Source: Bacteroidales bacterium (GTDB taxonomy: Bacteria; Bacteroidota; Bacteroidia; Bacteroidales; CAIWKO01). Taken from it: 31,076 nucleotides of DNA. A program made the translations under genes and the position numbers. The notes under the pieces are model-generated. The model did not search any database. It was not told where the DNA came from and saw only the letters and a list, made by a program, of their open reading frames with translations. Below are positions 18,852-27,864 of the stretch, one piece after another (the first letter of the stretch is position 1; each line of letters opens with the position of its first letter). The DNA lies in assembly GCA_035389045.1 (NCBI GenBank), contig DAOORA010000010.1:62001-93076 (forward strand). Direction: 5' to 3'.

Positions 18852-20882
18852 ATGAAAAAATCATTTGTGTTCTTCTGTTCCTTTTTGCTGGCCATATCGT
18901 TTACTTATGCACAGAACCGGCTTACGCCGGAATTGTTATGGAAATTCGGGCGGGTAAGTGATATGCAGCTTTCACCCGACAAGAAAACGGTTTTGTACGG
19001 GATAACTTATTATAATCTAAGCGAAAACAAAGGCAATCGCGACCTTTATGTCATTCCTTTGGCAGGTGGAACCCCGGTCAATCTTACCAATTCTGAAGGC
19101 AGCGAATGGAACGGTTTATGGCGTCCCGACGGTAAAAAGATCGGATATATTTCAGCAAAAAGCGGTGAACCCCAACTCTGGGAGATGAACCCCGATGGCA
19201 GCAACAAAAAACAACTGAGCAGTTTTACGGGCGGTATTACCGGTTTTGCCTATTCACCGGCCATGACACACATACTAGTTACCCGTGATGTTAAACTTGA
19301 TATGACTGCCGTAGAGCTTTACCCCGATCTGCCCCAGGCCGATGCCCGTATCATCGACGATTTGTTTTACCGTCACTGGAACGACTGGCACGACTATGCC
19401 TATAGTCATATCTTCGTATCGGCATATTCCGATGGCAATGTCAGCGGCGAACTCGATATCCTTCGAGGTGAAAAATATGATACCCCGCTCACACCCGACG
19501 GAGGTATGGAACAGATAAACTGGAGCCCCGACGGATTGAAAATTGCTTATACCTGCCGCAAACTGCATGGCAGGGACGAATGTGTGAGCACTAACTCCGA
19601 TATTTATATATATGATATTAAGTCGGGCATTACCGAAAACATAAGTAACGGCATGATGGGTTATGATCTTGATCCGGTGTTTTCACCCGATGGCAGTAAA
19701 ATAGCCTGGTGCAGCATGAAAACGCCTGGCTATGAGTCTGATAAAAAACGTCTTATGGTTTACGATTTTGGCACTAAAAAGTATTCCGATTTGAGTGAAA
19801 ACTTTGATGAAAGCGCCGCCAGTTTACGGTGGAGCGCCGATGCCAAAAGCATTTATTTTCTTAGTTACACCAAAGGTACCTGCCAGGTTTTTAAAGCCGA
19901 TGTGGCAAGCGGAAAAATCGTTCAGCTGACGACGGGCATGCATGATTTTACTGAGTTGTATGCTGACGGAAAGTATATGGCGGGTGTGAAAATGTCCATG
20001 TCGGCGCCCTCCGAAATATATCGAATTGATGAAGTTAAGGGGCAATTCAATCCGGTACAGATCACGTTTACTAACCTGGAGTTACTCTCATCCATTCAGA
20101 CGGGCAGGGTGGAGGAACGCTGGATTACCACCTCCGACAATAAAAAAATGCTGGTGTGGGTTATTTATCCTCCCGACTTCGACAAAAACAAGAAGTATCC
20201 TGCGCTGTTATATTGCCAGGGAGGGCCCCAGAGTACGGTCAGCCAGTTTTTCTCTTACCGCTGGAATTTTCAGATCATGGCAGCCCACGACTATATTGTG
20301 GTAGCCCCCAACAGACGAGGCTTACCGGGCTTCGGAACAGACTGGAACGATCAGATAGCCCTGGATTATGGCGGACAAAACATGCTCGACTACCTGGCTG
20401 CTATTGATACTTTAGCAAAGGAGCCCTATGTCAATAAAGACAAGCTGGGCGCCGTGGGCGCCAGTTACGGCGGTTTCTCGGTCTACTGGCTGGCCGGTAA
20501 TCATAACAAGCGGTTCAAGGCATTTATCGCCCATTGCGGCATGTTCAATTTCGAGAGCTGGTATGGTGCCACTGAAGAAATGTGGTTCCCCAACCACGAC
20601 TTTGGCGGTGCGTACTGGAATGAACCACAACCCGAAAGCTATAATTTTTCTCCGCACAAATTTGTGGGTAACTGGGATACCCCAATACTTGTGATACATG
20701 GAGGTTATGATTTCCGTATTCCTTATACCGAAGGCATGCAGGCGTTTAACGCGGCGCAGTTACAAGACATTCCCAGCCGTTTTTTATTCTTCCCCAATGA
20801 AACCCACTTTGTCGTCAAACCACAAAACAGTGTGCTGTGGCAGCGCGAGTTTTTCGGATGGCTGGATAAATACCTGAAGTAG
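18852..20882 (+). CDS. S9 family (prolyl oligopeptidase/dipeptidyl-peptidase 5-like) serine peptidase
   Basis: Signal peptide TYA-Q; WSPDG/FSPDG propeller repeats; GASYGG nucleophile, GGYDFRIP Asp and NETH His of the catalytic triad. Confidence 0.93.
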   Translation: MKKSFVFFCSFLLAISFTYAQNRLTPELLWKFGRVSDMQLSPDKKTVLYGITYYNLSENKGNRDLYVIPLAGGTPVNLTNSEGSEWNGLWRPDGKKIGYISAKSGEPQLWEMNPDGSNKKQLSSFTGGITGFAYSPAMTHILVTRDVKLDMTAVELYPDLPQADARIIDDLFYRHWNDWHDYAYSHIFVSAYSDGNVSGELDILRGEKYDTPLTPDGGMEQINWSPDGLKIAYTCRKLHGRDECVSTNSDIYIYDIKSGITENISNGMMGYDLDPVFSPDGSKIAWCSMKTPGYESDKKRLMVYDFGTKKYSDLSENFDESAASLRWSADAKSIYFLSYTKGTCQVFKADVASGKIVQLTTGMHDFTELYADGKYMAGVKMSMSAPSEIYRIDEVKGQFNPVQITFTNLELLSSIQTGRVEERWITTSDNKKMLVWVIYPPDFDKNKKYPALLYCQGGPQSTVSQFFSYRWNFQIMAAHDYIVVAPNRRGLPGFGTDWNDQIALDYGGQNMLDYLAAIDTLAKEPYVNKDKLGAVGASYGGFSVYWLAGNHNKRFKAFIAHCGMFNFESWYGATEEMWFPNHDFGGAYWNEPQPESYNFSPHKFVGNWDTPILVIHGGYDFRIPYTEGMQAFNAAQLQDIPSRFLFFPNETHFVVKPQNSVLWQREFFGWLDKYLK

Positions 20883-20956
20883 AAAAGCCAGGCATATTCC
20901 TAACCGTATTGTGCATTTTTGATTTTTGCTTTCGGGCAGAAAATCCGCAATGATTG

Positions 20957-20988
20957 TTTGTTTTTGTTGCTTTAATATCGTATATTTG
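20957..20988 (+). promoter_or_regulatory. Bacteroidota -33/-7 promoter (TTTG-N20-TATATTTG) upstream of adaptor 1
   Basis: TTTG 20957-20960 and TATATTTG 20981-20988; conserved with identical spacing in the duplicated block (25688-25719). Confidence 0.7.
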
Positions 20989-21036
20989 TATTAAATAATT
21001 CTTAAAAATAATTTATTTAAGTAATTATTTAATAAC

Positions 21037-21548
21037 GTGAAGCACAATGTTATCCTGTTTTTTGTTTTTATCAGTTTAACGGGTACTATTTTAAATGCCC
21101 GGTTGCTGGAAGCTTATGTGATCTCTTCCGGAGGTTACTATACTTCGGCTGCCGGTTCTTTTTGTGTTACGCTGGCCGAAACGACCATGGTGCAGACCTT
21201 GTCATCCATGGGTAATTTTCTGACACAGGGATTTCAACAACCCGACGAATGGTATTCATCCATCCAGGAGGAGCCTGTACAGGGAAACTTTGTTGTTTAT
21301 CCCGATCCTAACTATGGTAATATTATTGTAACTGTGCAATCCAAAGAAAATGGCGAGGCACAACTAAGTATTTATGATGTGCTGGGGCAAAAGGAATTTT
21401 CCATACAAAAGACCATTGTCACCGCAGCTAACCTTGAATATATAGATATTCGTGGTTATTCCATGGGTATTTATTTTCTCTTGTGCTAATAGGTTGATGA
21501 AAACGGCAAAATGAATTTAAAGTCCTGAAAATCAACACAACTAATTAA
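21037..21548 (+). pseudogene. Degenerate small T9SS-CTD protein (adaptor 1)
   Basis: Paralog of 23424 and 25767, but with GTG start, +1 Gln changed to Arg, YPNP changed to YPDP and a premature stop at 21487-21489; the lost C-terminal sequence persists, frameshifted, to ~21548. Confidence 0.75.
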
Positions 21549-21563
21549 ATAAAAAAGCAAACT

Positions 21564-22943
21564 ATGAGAACAACAATTGCCAAAATCATTTTTTCAGTAT
21601 CTTTTTTATTGATTACGGGCTTTTCATTGGCTCAGGTGCCGCATGCATTTAATTATCAGGCTGTTGCCCGCGATGTGTCTGGAAATGTGCTGCCTGACAA
21701 GATACTGGGCATCAGGGTTTCACTGCACCTGGGAACAGCGATGGGAGCCGTAGTTTATTCGGAAACATTTACTGCGATCACTAATGCCTATGGCCTGTTT
21801 ACCTTGGATATAGGGCTTGGAACCACAATTTCTGGGCAATTTGATACGATAGCCTGGGGTAAAAATCACTATTACATGCAGGTGGAAATGGATCCTACAG
21901 GCGGTGCAACATACATTGATATGGGAACCAGCCAGTTGCTGAGTGTTCCCTATGCCATGTATGCTGAAAACTCCGCATGGAAAAGAAATGGGTCAAATAT
22001 CTTTTATGATGCTGGAAATGTTGGGGTTGGATTAGCTGACCCCAGCCAAAAGCTGCATATAAAAGGAACTTTCAGGGTTGATGATCCAAATCCAATGATC
22101 CAATTAATAGACACTACTGCTTTTAAGGGTTATGTTCAGTCCTATCATAACGATATGATTTTTGCCAATGCCAATGATACCGGCAGTATTGAATTTTGGA
22201 CCAACTATGCTGAAAAAATGAAAATTAAAGCCAATGGTAACGTGGGCATAGGAACCACCAACCCTGCCAATAAATTTGAAGTTATCAATTCGGAAAGCGC
22301 TAAATTCAGGGTGGGAACAATTACTTCGCTCGGAAAAGGCTTTGGCCAGGAATATGACTCAATCACTCCAGGTTATTTTATTGCACATGGAGGCGAATAC
22401 TGGCATTTTTGTTATGCGGACACTCCCGATTCTGCCTATACAAGAAAAGTGACCCTTGACGGCAGGGGCAATATGTTCCGTCCATCCATCAATAATGTTA
22501 TCAGTCTTGGAAATCTTTCATATAAATGGGCTGCTGTTTATGCCGTAAACGGAACTATTCAAACTTCAGATTTACGATATAAGGACAATATATCTGATAT
22601 TCAGTACGGGCTTGATGAAGTGTTGAAACTTCGCCCGGTTTCCTACAGGTGGAAAGACGATAACCTTAACATTGGAACCGGAAAAAATCTCGGTTTTATC
22701 GCCCAGGAACTGGAAACCATTGTTCCTGAGGTAGTTGTACATAAGCAGACAGAAATTGATAATGAAACCAACCATCCTGCCGGCGAATACCCTGACACTT
22801 ATGGCGTGAAATACAGTGAACTTATTCCGGTGCTGGTAAAAGCCATACAGGAGCAACAAACCCAGTTTGTAAAAGCCATACAGGAACAGCAAACCCAGAT
22901 AGAACAATTAAAACAGGAAATAAAAATATTGAAAGGGCAATGA
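21564..22943 (+). CDS. Secreted fibre-like protein 1: conserved N-module + tail-fibre-like GxVGIG segments + peptidase S74 intramolecular chaperone + coiled coil
   Basis: Signal peptide SLA-Q; FNYQAVARD...LLSVPYAMYAE; GNVGIGTTNP; SDLRYK, LRPVSY, GFIAQE, YSELIPVLVKAIQEQQ (S74). Confidence 0.88.
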   Translation: MRTTIAKIIFSVSFLLITGFSLAQVPHAFNYQAVARDVSGNVLPDKILGIRVSLHLGTAMGAVVYSETFTAITNAYGLFTLDIGLGTTISGQFDTIAWGKNHYYMQVEMDPTGGATYIDMGTSQLLSVPYAMYAENSAWKRNGSNIFYDAGNVGVGLADPSQKLHIKGTFRVDDPNPMIQLIDTTAFKGYVQSYHNDMIFANANDTGSIEFWTNYAEKMKIKANGNVGIGTTNPANKFEVINSESAKFRVGTITSLGKGFGQEYDSITPGYFIAHGGEYWHFCYADTPDSAYTRKVTLDGRGNMFRPSINNVISLGNLSYKWAAVYAVNGTIQTSDLRYKDNISDIQYGLDEVLKLRPVSYRWKDDNLNIGTGKNLGFIAQELETIVPEVVVHKQTEIDNETNHPAGEYPDTYGVKYSELIPVLVKAIQEQQTQFVKAIQEQQTQIEQLKQEIKILKGQ

Positions 22944-23092
22944 CAATGCCCGTAAGCCTTGCAATTTTCAATAATATAACCCGTTGATGATGACTGTCCG
23001 GCAAAGGGTTGTCTTATTAATAATACCCTGGAATTCACTCCTGGTTTTTTTAATGAAATTTTAATAATAAAATATTTTTTTATTTATTTAAT

Positions 23093-23338
23093 CACTGTTG
23101 TCCGGTAAAAATATTTTAAATATGCTGAATAGCTTTATTTTCAGAACATTTACAACATATCGCCACCTACGGGGCTTTATTTTTCATTGTAATGTTTTTT
23201 CTACCAATATGCCGCCTCTAACGAGGCTAAAAAAGTTCCAAAGGTCTATAATATTATCATAATGAATAATTTGCCAACTTATAAAAGCGCCGTAGGTTCG
23301 AAATATTACATAGTTAATAAATTAACCGGACAATAATG
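23093..23338. mobile_element. MITE-like non-autonomous element (246 bp) with internal REP-like repeats
   Basis: Imperfect terminal inverted repeats CACTGTTGTCCGGTAAA (23093-23109) and TTAACCGGACAATAATG (23322-23338), 14/17 match; flanked by TTATTTAAT/TTATTTAAC (possible 9-bp target duplication); no ORF. Confidence 0.6.
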
Positions 23339-23377
23339 TTATTTAACAAATTTATTGTTTTTATAAACATAAATGAT

Positions 23378-23385
23378 TAAATTTG
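23378..23385 (+). promoter_or_regulatory. Putative -7 box TAAATTTG for adaptor 2/fibre 2
   Basis: TAnnTTTG match 38 bp before ATG 23424. Confidence 0.5.
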
Positions 23386-23423
23386 CTTTATTAATCGTAC
23401 AATTTTTAAATTAATCAAACCTT

Positions 23424-23939
23424 ATGAAACGAAAATTTATGCTACTGTTCATTTCCGGAGTTATGATAGTGTTTCTTTCTCATGCACAGTCGCTGACACC
23501 TTTTGTGATCTCTTCATCCGGTGGTTATTATTCTTCGGCTGCCGGTTCTCTATCGGCTACAGTGGCCGAAATGACCATGGTGCAGACTTTATCTTCCATG
23601 GGTAATTTTCTGACACAGGGATTTCAGCAACCCGGCGAATGGTATGTATCCATCCCGGAGGAGCCGGTGCAGGGCAACCTGTCCGTTTATCCCAATCCCA
23701 GTTATGGTAAATTCAATGTAACGGTGCAATCCAAAGAAAAAGGGGAGGCAGAGCTCAGCATTTATGATGTACTGGGGCAAAAAACCTGTTCCAGCCGTAT
23801 GCACATTGTACCCGGCGCTAACACTGAGTATGTGGATATCCGTGGTTATTCCATGGGCATATATTTACTCGAATATCTTTACACCGGAGAAAACGGTAAA
23901 AAGGAATCTAAAGTTCTGAAAATCAATGTAATCAATTAA
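23424..23939 (+). CDS. Small T9SS type A CTD protein (adaptor 2)
   Basis: Signal peptide SHA-Q; ~55-aa segment VISSSGG...LTQGFQQP; CTD YPNP...IYDVLGQ...GIYLL...KVLKINVIN. Confidence 0.9.
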   Translation: MKRKFMLLFISGVMIVFLSHAQSLTPFVISSSGGYYSSAAGSLSATVAEMTMVQTLSSMGNFLTQGFQQPGEWYVSIPEEPVQGNLSVYPNPSYGKFNVTVQSKEKGEAELSIYDVLGQKTCSSRMHIVPGANTEYVDIRGYSMGIYLLEYLYTGENGKKESKVLKINVIN

Positions 23940-23957
23940 TCATATAAATAAAATGCC

Positions 23958-25184
23958 ATGAAAACAACCGTTACCAAAATCATTTGTTCATTGATCTTTT
24001 TATTGATCACGGGCTATACTTTTGCCCAGATTCCACATGCCTTTAATTACCAGGCTGTTGCCCGCGATGTTTCGGGAAATGTATTACCTAACCAGCTTTT
24101 GAGTATCAGGTTATCTCTGCACCTGGGAACGTCGACAGGTACAATAGTATATTCGGAAACTTTTGCCCCTATCACTAATGATTTTGGCCTGTTTACCATA
24201 GGTGTAGGAATAGGAATCCCTGTTTCCGGGCAATTTGATACGATTGCGTGGGGTAAGAATCACTATTACATGCAGGTGGAAATGGATCCTACGGGCGGCG
24301 CGACCTATGTTGATATGGGAACCAGCCAGTTGCTGAGTGTTCCCTATGCCATGTATGCTGAAAACTCGGTCTGGAAAAGAAATGGGTCAAAAATATTTTA
24401 TGATAATGGCTATGTAGGAATTGGAATCAATGATCCCCTGACCAGGCTCCATGTATTGAGCACCATTCGTATTGACGGTTCATCGCCGTTAATTCAATTC
24501 AGAGATGGAGCTACACCTAAGGGATTTATTCAATCTTATGGCAGCAATTCCGATCTGATCATTTCAAATACTGTAAGCTCCGGTAGCGTTCAGTTATGGT
24601 CAGACAATAGCGAAAGAATGAGAATTAACGCCATGGGAAATGTCGGTGTAAATTGCACGGCGCCGGCATACAAATTCGAAGTTGACGGCCCTTCAGGCAC
24701 CTTCAGTGTAAGTGGTATCCGTATTCAAAACACTACCGCCTCTACAGGATGGAGTTTTTATCCTTCCAATACCGGCGATTTAGTCATTGGAAAAACTTCC
24801 AATCTTGGTTCATTCGACGGGACAACGGGCGCTTACACAGCCGCATCCGACGGACGGTTAAAAACAAATATAAGGCCTTTGGAAACGGTATTGTCTTCGG
24901 TGCTGGATATGCAGCTCAAACGTTATGAGTTTAAAGAAAACAATCCTTTACACAAAGAATCCATAGGGATTATTGCACAGGATCTTCAGAAAGTATTTCC
25001 TGAGTTTGTCTCTGTGAACACCGCAAATGACGGAAACCCACTGGTTGAAAATCAGATGGGTGTCGACTACAGCGGTTTGAGCATTATTGCCCTCAAGGCT
25101 ATACAGGAGCAACAAAAAGAGATCGAGTCACTGAAAGCAGAAATAAAAGCTTTGAAAGAAGCGATAGAGCAACTGAAGAAATAA
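23958..25184 (+). CDS. Secreted fibre-like protein 2 with peptidase S74 chaperone domain
   Basis: Same N-module as fibre 1; GYVGIG and GNVGVN segments; SDGRLK, GIIAQDL, YSGLSIIALKAIQEQQ; C-terminal coiled coil. Confidence 0.88.
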   Translation: MKTTVTKIICSLIFLLITGYTFAQIPHAFNYQAVARDVSGNVLPNQLLSIRLSLHLGTSTGTIVYSETFAPITNDFGLFTIGVGIGIPVSGQFDTIAWGKNHYYMQVEMDPTGGATYVDMGTSQLLSVPYAMYAENSVWKRNGSKIFYDNGYVGIGINDPLTRLHVLSTIRIDGSSPLIQFRDGATPKGFIQSYGSNSDLIISNTVSSGSVQLWSDNSERMRINAMGNVGVNCTAPAYKFEVDGPSGTFSVSGIRIQNTTASTGWSFYPSNTGDLVIGKTSNLGSFDGTTGAYTAASDGRLKTNIRPLETVLSSVLDMQLKRYEFKENNPLHKESIGIIAQDLQKVFPEFVSVNTANDGNPLVENQMGVDYSGLSIIALKAIQEQQKEIESLKAEIKALKEAIEQLKK

Positions 25185-25529
25185 AAGAAGTGGTTCGTAA
25201 TGAATCCGCAAATATTCTGTGCCTCGATTCGGGTTAGGTTATGAATTGATTTGAATAGTTTTATGTATTGGACGATCCCGAAAGTTTTCCTCAGGTTATT
25301 CGGTTAGATTGGATAACAGGCGATTATTGTTCCACTGCCTGTGTAATCTGCGTTCCTTCCGGAGTGGCGTAAAGAGGAGATTTTTTTACACTAAGTTAAT
25401 TAGTTGATTTATATTTGGTTATTAATGCCTGTTGCCCGTTCCATTGGTTATAAATTTAACATGGCTGAACTGATTAATATTACGGTATGCTTTACCTGAC
25501 CATAAGGTTCATATATATTTTTTATAAGA

Positions 25530-25616
25530 CAATGAAACGCACTTCGTTGTCAAACCGCAAAACAGTGTGCTGTGGCAGTGATAGTTCTTCAGCCGGCTGG
25601 TAAGTACCTGAAATAG
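25530..25616 (+). pseudogene. Duplicated, decayed 3' fragment of the S9 peptidase gene
   Basis: AATGAAACGCACTTCGTTGTCAAACCGCAAAACAGTGTGCTGTGGCAG encodes NETHFVVKPQNSVLWQ, identical to the peptidase C-terminal region (from 20796); followed by TGA, then aligns to the original stop region. Confidence 0.9.
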
Positions 25617-25687
25617 AAGAGCCGGCATATTCCTTCCTTTCCAGCACTTTTTTAATGTTCTCTTTCAGGCAGAAACCGGTAAAGTTT

Positions 25688-25719
25688 TTTGTTTTTGCTG
25701 CTTTTATGTCGTACATTTG
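25688..25719 (+). promoter_or_regulatory. Bacteroidota -33/-7 promoter (TTTG-N20-TACATTTG) upstream of adaptor 3
   Basis: Duplicate of 20957-20988 with the consensus retained. Confidence 0.7.
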
Positions 25720-25766
25720 TATTAAATAATTCTTAAAACTTATTTATTAAATAAAATTTTAAAAAA

Positions 25767-26282
25767 ATGAAATGGAATGTTATCCTGCTTTTTGTTTTTG
25801 TCAGTTTAACGGGCACTTTATTGAATGCCCAGTCGCTGACACCTTTTGTGATCTCTTCGTCCGGCGGTTATTATGCTTCGGCTGCCGGTTCCCTTTCGGC
25901 TACAGTGGCCGAAATGACCATGGTGCAGACTTTATCTTCCATGGGTAATTTCCTGACACAGGGATTTCAGCAACCAGGCGAATGGTATGCATCTATACCG
26001 GAGGAGCCGGTGCAGGGCAACCTGTCCGTTTATCCCAATCCCAGCTATGGTAATTTCTATGTAACAGTGCAATCCAAAGAAAAAGGGGAGGCACAACTTA
26101 GTATTTATGATGTACTGGGGCAAAAAATCTATTCCAGCCATATGCGCATTGTCAGCGGCGCTAACACTGAGTATGTGGATATCCGCGGTTATTCCATGGG
26201 CATATATTTACTCGAATATCTTTACACCGGAGAAAACGGTAAAAAGGAATCTAAAGTCGTGAAAATCAATGTGATCAATTAA
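25767..26282 (+). CDS. Small T9SS type A CTD protein (adaptor 3)
   Basis: Signal peptide LNA-Q; mature region differs from adaptor 2 at about 11 of 150 residues (hand count); intact CTD. Confidence 0.9.
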   Translation: MKWNVILLFVFVSLTGTLLNAQSLTPFVISSSGGYYASAAGSLSATVAEMTMVQTLSSMGNFLTQGFQQPGEWYASIPEEPVQGNLSVYPNPSYGNFYVTVQSKEKGEAQLSIYDVLGQKIYSSHMRIVSGANTEYVDIRGYSMGIYLLEYLYTGENGKKESKVVKINVIN

Positions 26283-26300
26283 CCATAAAAATAAAATACC

Positions 26301-27026
26301 ATGAAAACAACAGTTACCAAAATCATTTTTTCACTGATCTTTTTATTGGTCACGGGCTATTCTTTTGCCCAGGCGCCGCAGGCGCTCAACTACCAGGCCG
26401 TAGCCCGCGATGTTTCGGGAAACGTGCTGCCCAGCCAGATACTGGGTATAAAGGTGTCACTGCACCTGGGATCAGCCACAGGAGCCGTAGTTTATTCAGA
26501 AACATTTACTCCGACCACTAATCCCTTTGGTTTGTTTACGATAGACATAGGAAATGGAATTACTAATTCCGGGCAATTTGATACGATTGCCTGGGGTAGG
26601 AATCACTATTACATGCAGGTGGAAATGGATCCTACGGGCGGCGCAACATACGTTGATATGGGAACCAGCCAGTTGCTGAGTGTTCCCTATTCCTTGTTTG
26701 CAGAAAAGTCACGAACTGTTGCCGCCAGCTATACAAATTCCCCTCTTCCTGTCGCTTATGGCTTTGTGGAGTCAAGCGGTACACTTGCTTCCGGTACTTC
26801 AAATATCTCTTCTGTAACATGGAATGCCACAAATAGCCGATACGAGATAACAATTACCGGGGAATCTTATTATTTTAATGATTATGTTACGATTGTCACG
26901 ATCTGCGGTGTGGGTCAGATCACTGTTGAAACGAGCAGTGTCGGCGGAAAATTGCTGGTTTATTTGTACAACTCAGCAGGGACCAAAGTCCAAAGCATGT
27001 TTCAATTTATAACATATAAACCATAA
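26301..27026 (+). CDS. Secreted protein 3 of the array: conserved N-module + ~95-aa beta-rich C-terminal domain of unassigned family
   Basis: N-module to LLSVPYSLFAE, then PVAYGFVESSG...SVTWNATNSRYEITI...FQFITYKP. Confidence 0.85.
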   Translation: MKTTVTKIIFSLIFLLVTGYSFAQAPQALNYQAVARDVSGNVLPSQILGIKVSLHLGSATGAVVYSETFTPTTNPFGLFTIDIGNGITNSGQFDTIAWGRNHYYMQVEMDPTGGATYVDMGTSQLLSVPYSLFAEKSRTVAASYTNSPLPVAYGFVESSGTLASGTSNISSVTWNATNSRYEITITGESYYFNDYVTIVTICGVGQITVETSSVGGKLLVYLYNSAGTKVQSMFQFITYKP

Positions 27027-27039
27027 AATTTTTTAAACC

Positions 27040-27864
27040 ATGAAATCACCATTTATAAAGATCATCTTTTCATTAACCTTTTTATTGATCACGTGCTATA
27101 CTTTCGCCCAGGCGCCGCAGGCATTTAATTACCAGGCTGTTGCCCGCGATGTCTCGGGAAACGTGCTGCCTGACCAGATACTGGGGATTAAGGTTTCACT
27201 GCACATGGGAACAGCAACAGGTGCGGTAGTTTATTCGGAAACTTTTACACCGACGTCAAATTCCTTTGGACTGTTTACCATAGGCATAGGTCTTGGAACT
27301 GCTATTTCCGGGCAGTTTGATACGATTTCCTGGGGCAAAAATCACTATTATATGCAGGTGGAAATGGATCCTGCGGGCGGCGCGACCTATGTTGATATGG
27401 GAACCAGTCAGTTATTGAGTGTGCCTTATGCAATGTATGCAGCTCATACAGAGGGAATTGGTTTTTCCGCATATAGGAGTGCAACGACTCAATTAATTGC
27501 TGCAGGTTCATACACCGAAATTGTTTTTAATTCAGAGAATTATGATGATGGTAATGGCTATAACCCAACTAATGGTTATTATACCGCACCTTCAGCCGGA
27601 GTGTATCATTTTGATGCATCTGCCCGGCTAACCGGAACGGCAACGGAAGGGCAGACAACTGTTATTGTTCTTGTTGTCAATGGAAATCAAAAAAGGATGA
27701 AAAGGATGTTATCCGAAACAGATGCTTTTAGTATAGATGTTTCTGCTGATCTTAAGTTAAATGCCGGAGACATAGTGAATGTTGAAATATATAGCCAAAC
27801 AGAAACGTCTGCTATGTATATCAATAATATTTGTACATTTTTCTCAGGGCATAAGGTTTATTGA
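27040..27864 (+). CDS. Secreted protein 4 of the array: conserved N-module + C1q/TNF-like head
   Basis: GFSAY...IVFNSENYDDGNGYNPTNGYYTAPSAGVYHF...LKLNAGDIVNV...FFSGHKV matches the globular C1q pattern. Confidence 0.88.
   Translation: MKSPFIKIIFSLTFLLITCYTFAQAPQAFNYQAVARDVSGNVLPDQILGIKVSLHMGTATGAVVYSETFTPTSNSFGLFTIGIGLGTAISGQFDTISWGKNHYYMQVEMDPAGGATYVDMGTSQLLSVPYAMYAAHTEGIGFSAYRSATTQLIAAGSYTEIVFNSENYDDGNGYNPTNGYYTAPSAGVYHFDASARLTGTATEGQTTVIVLVVNGNQKRMKRMLSETDAFSIDVSADLKLNAGDIVNVEIYSQTETSAMYINNICTFFSGHKVY

Noticed and set aside
11307..20699. Numerous short ORFs overlapping the GT3/GT35 fusion, bcp, recA, TPR and S9 genes
   Set aside because: Alternate-frame or antisense shadows of strongly supported genes.
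25185..25529. Possible gene remnant or ncRNA after fibre 2
   Set aside because: No sustained ORF, repeat or structure that I can support by eye.
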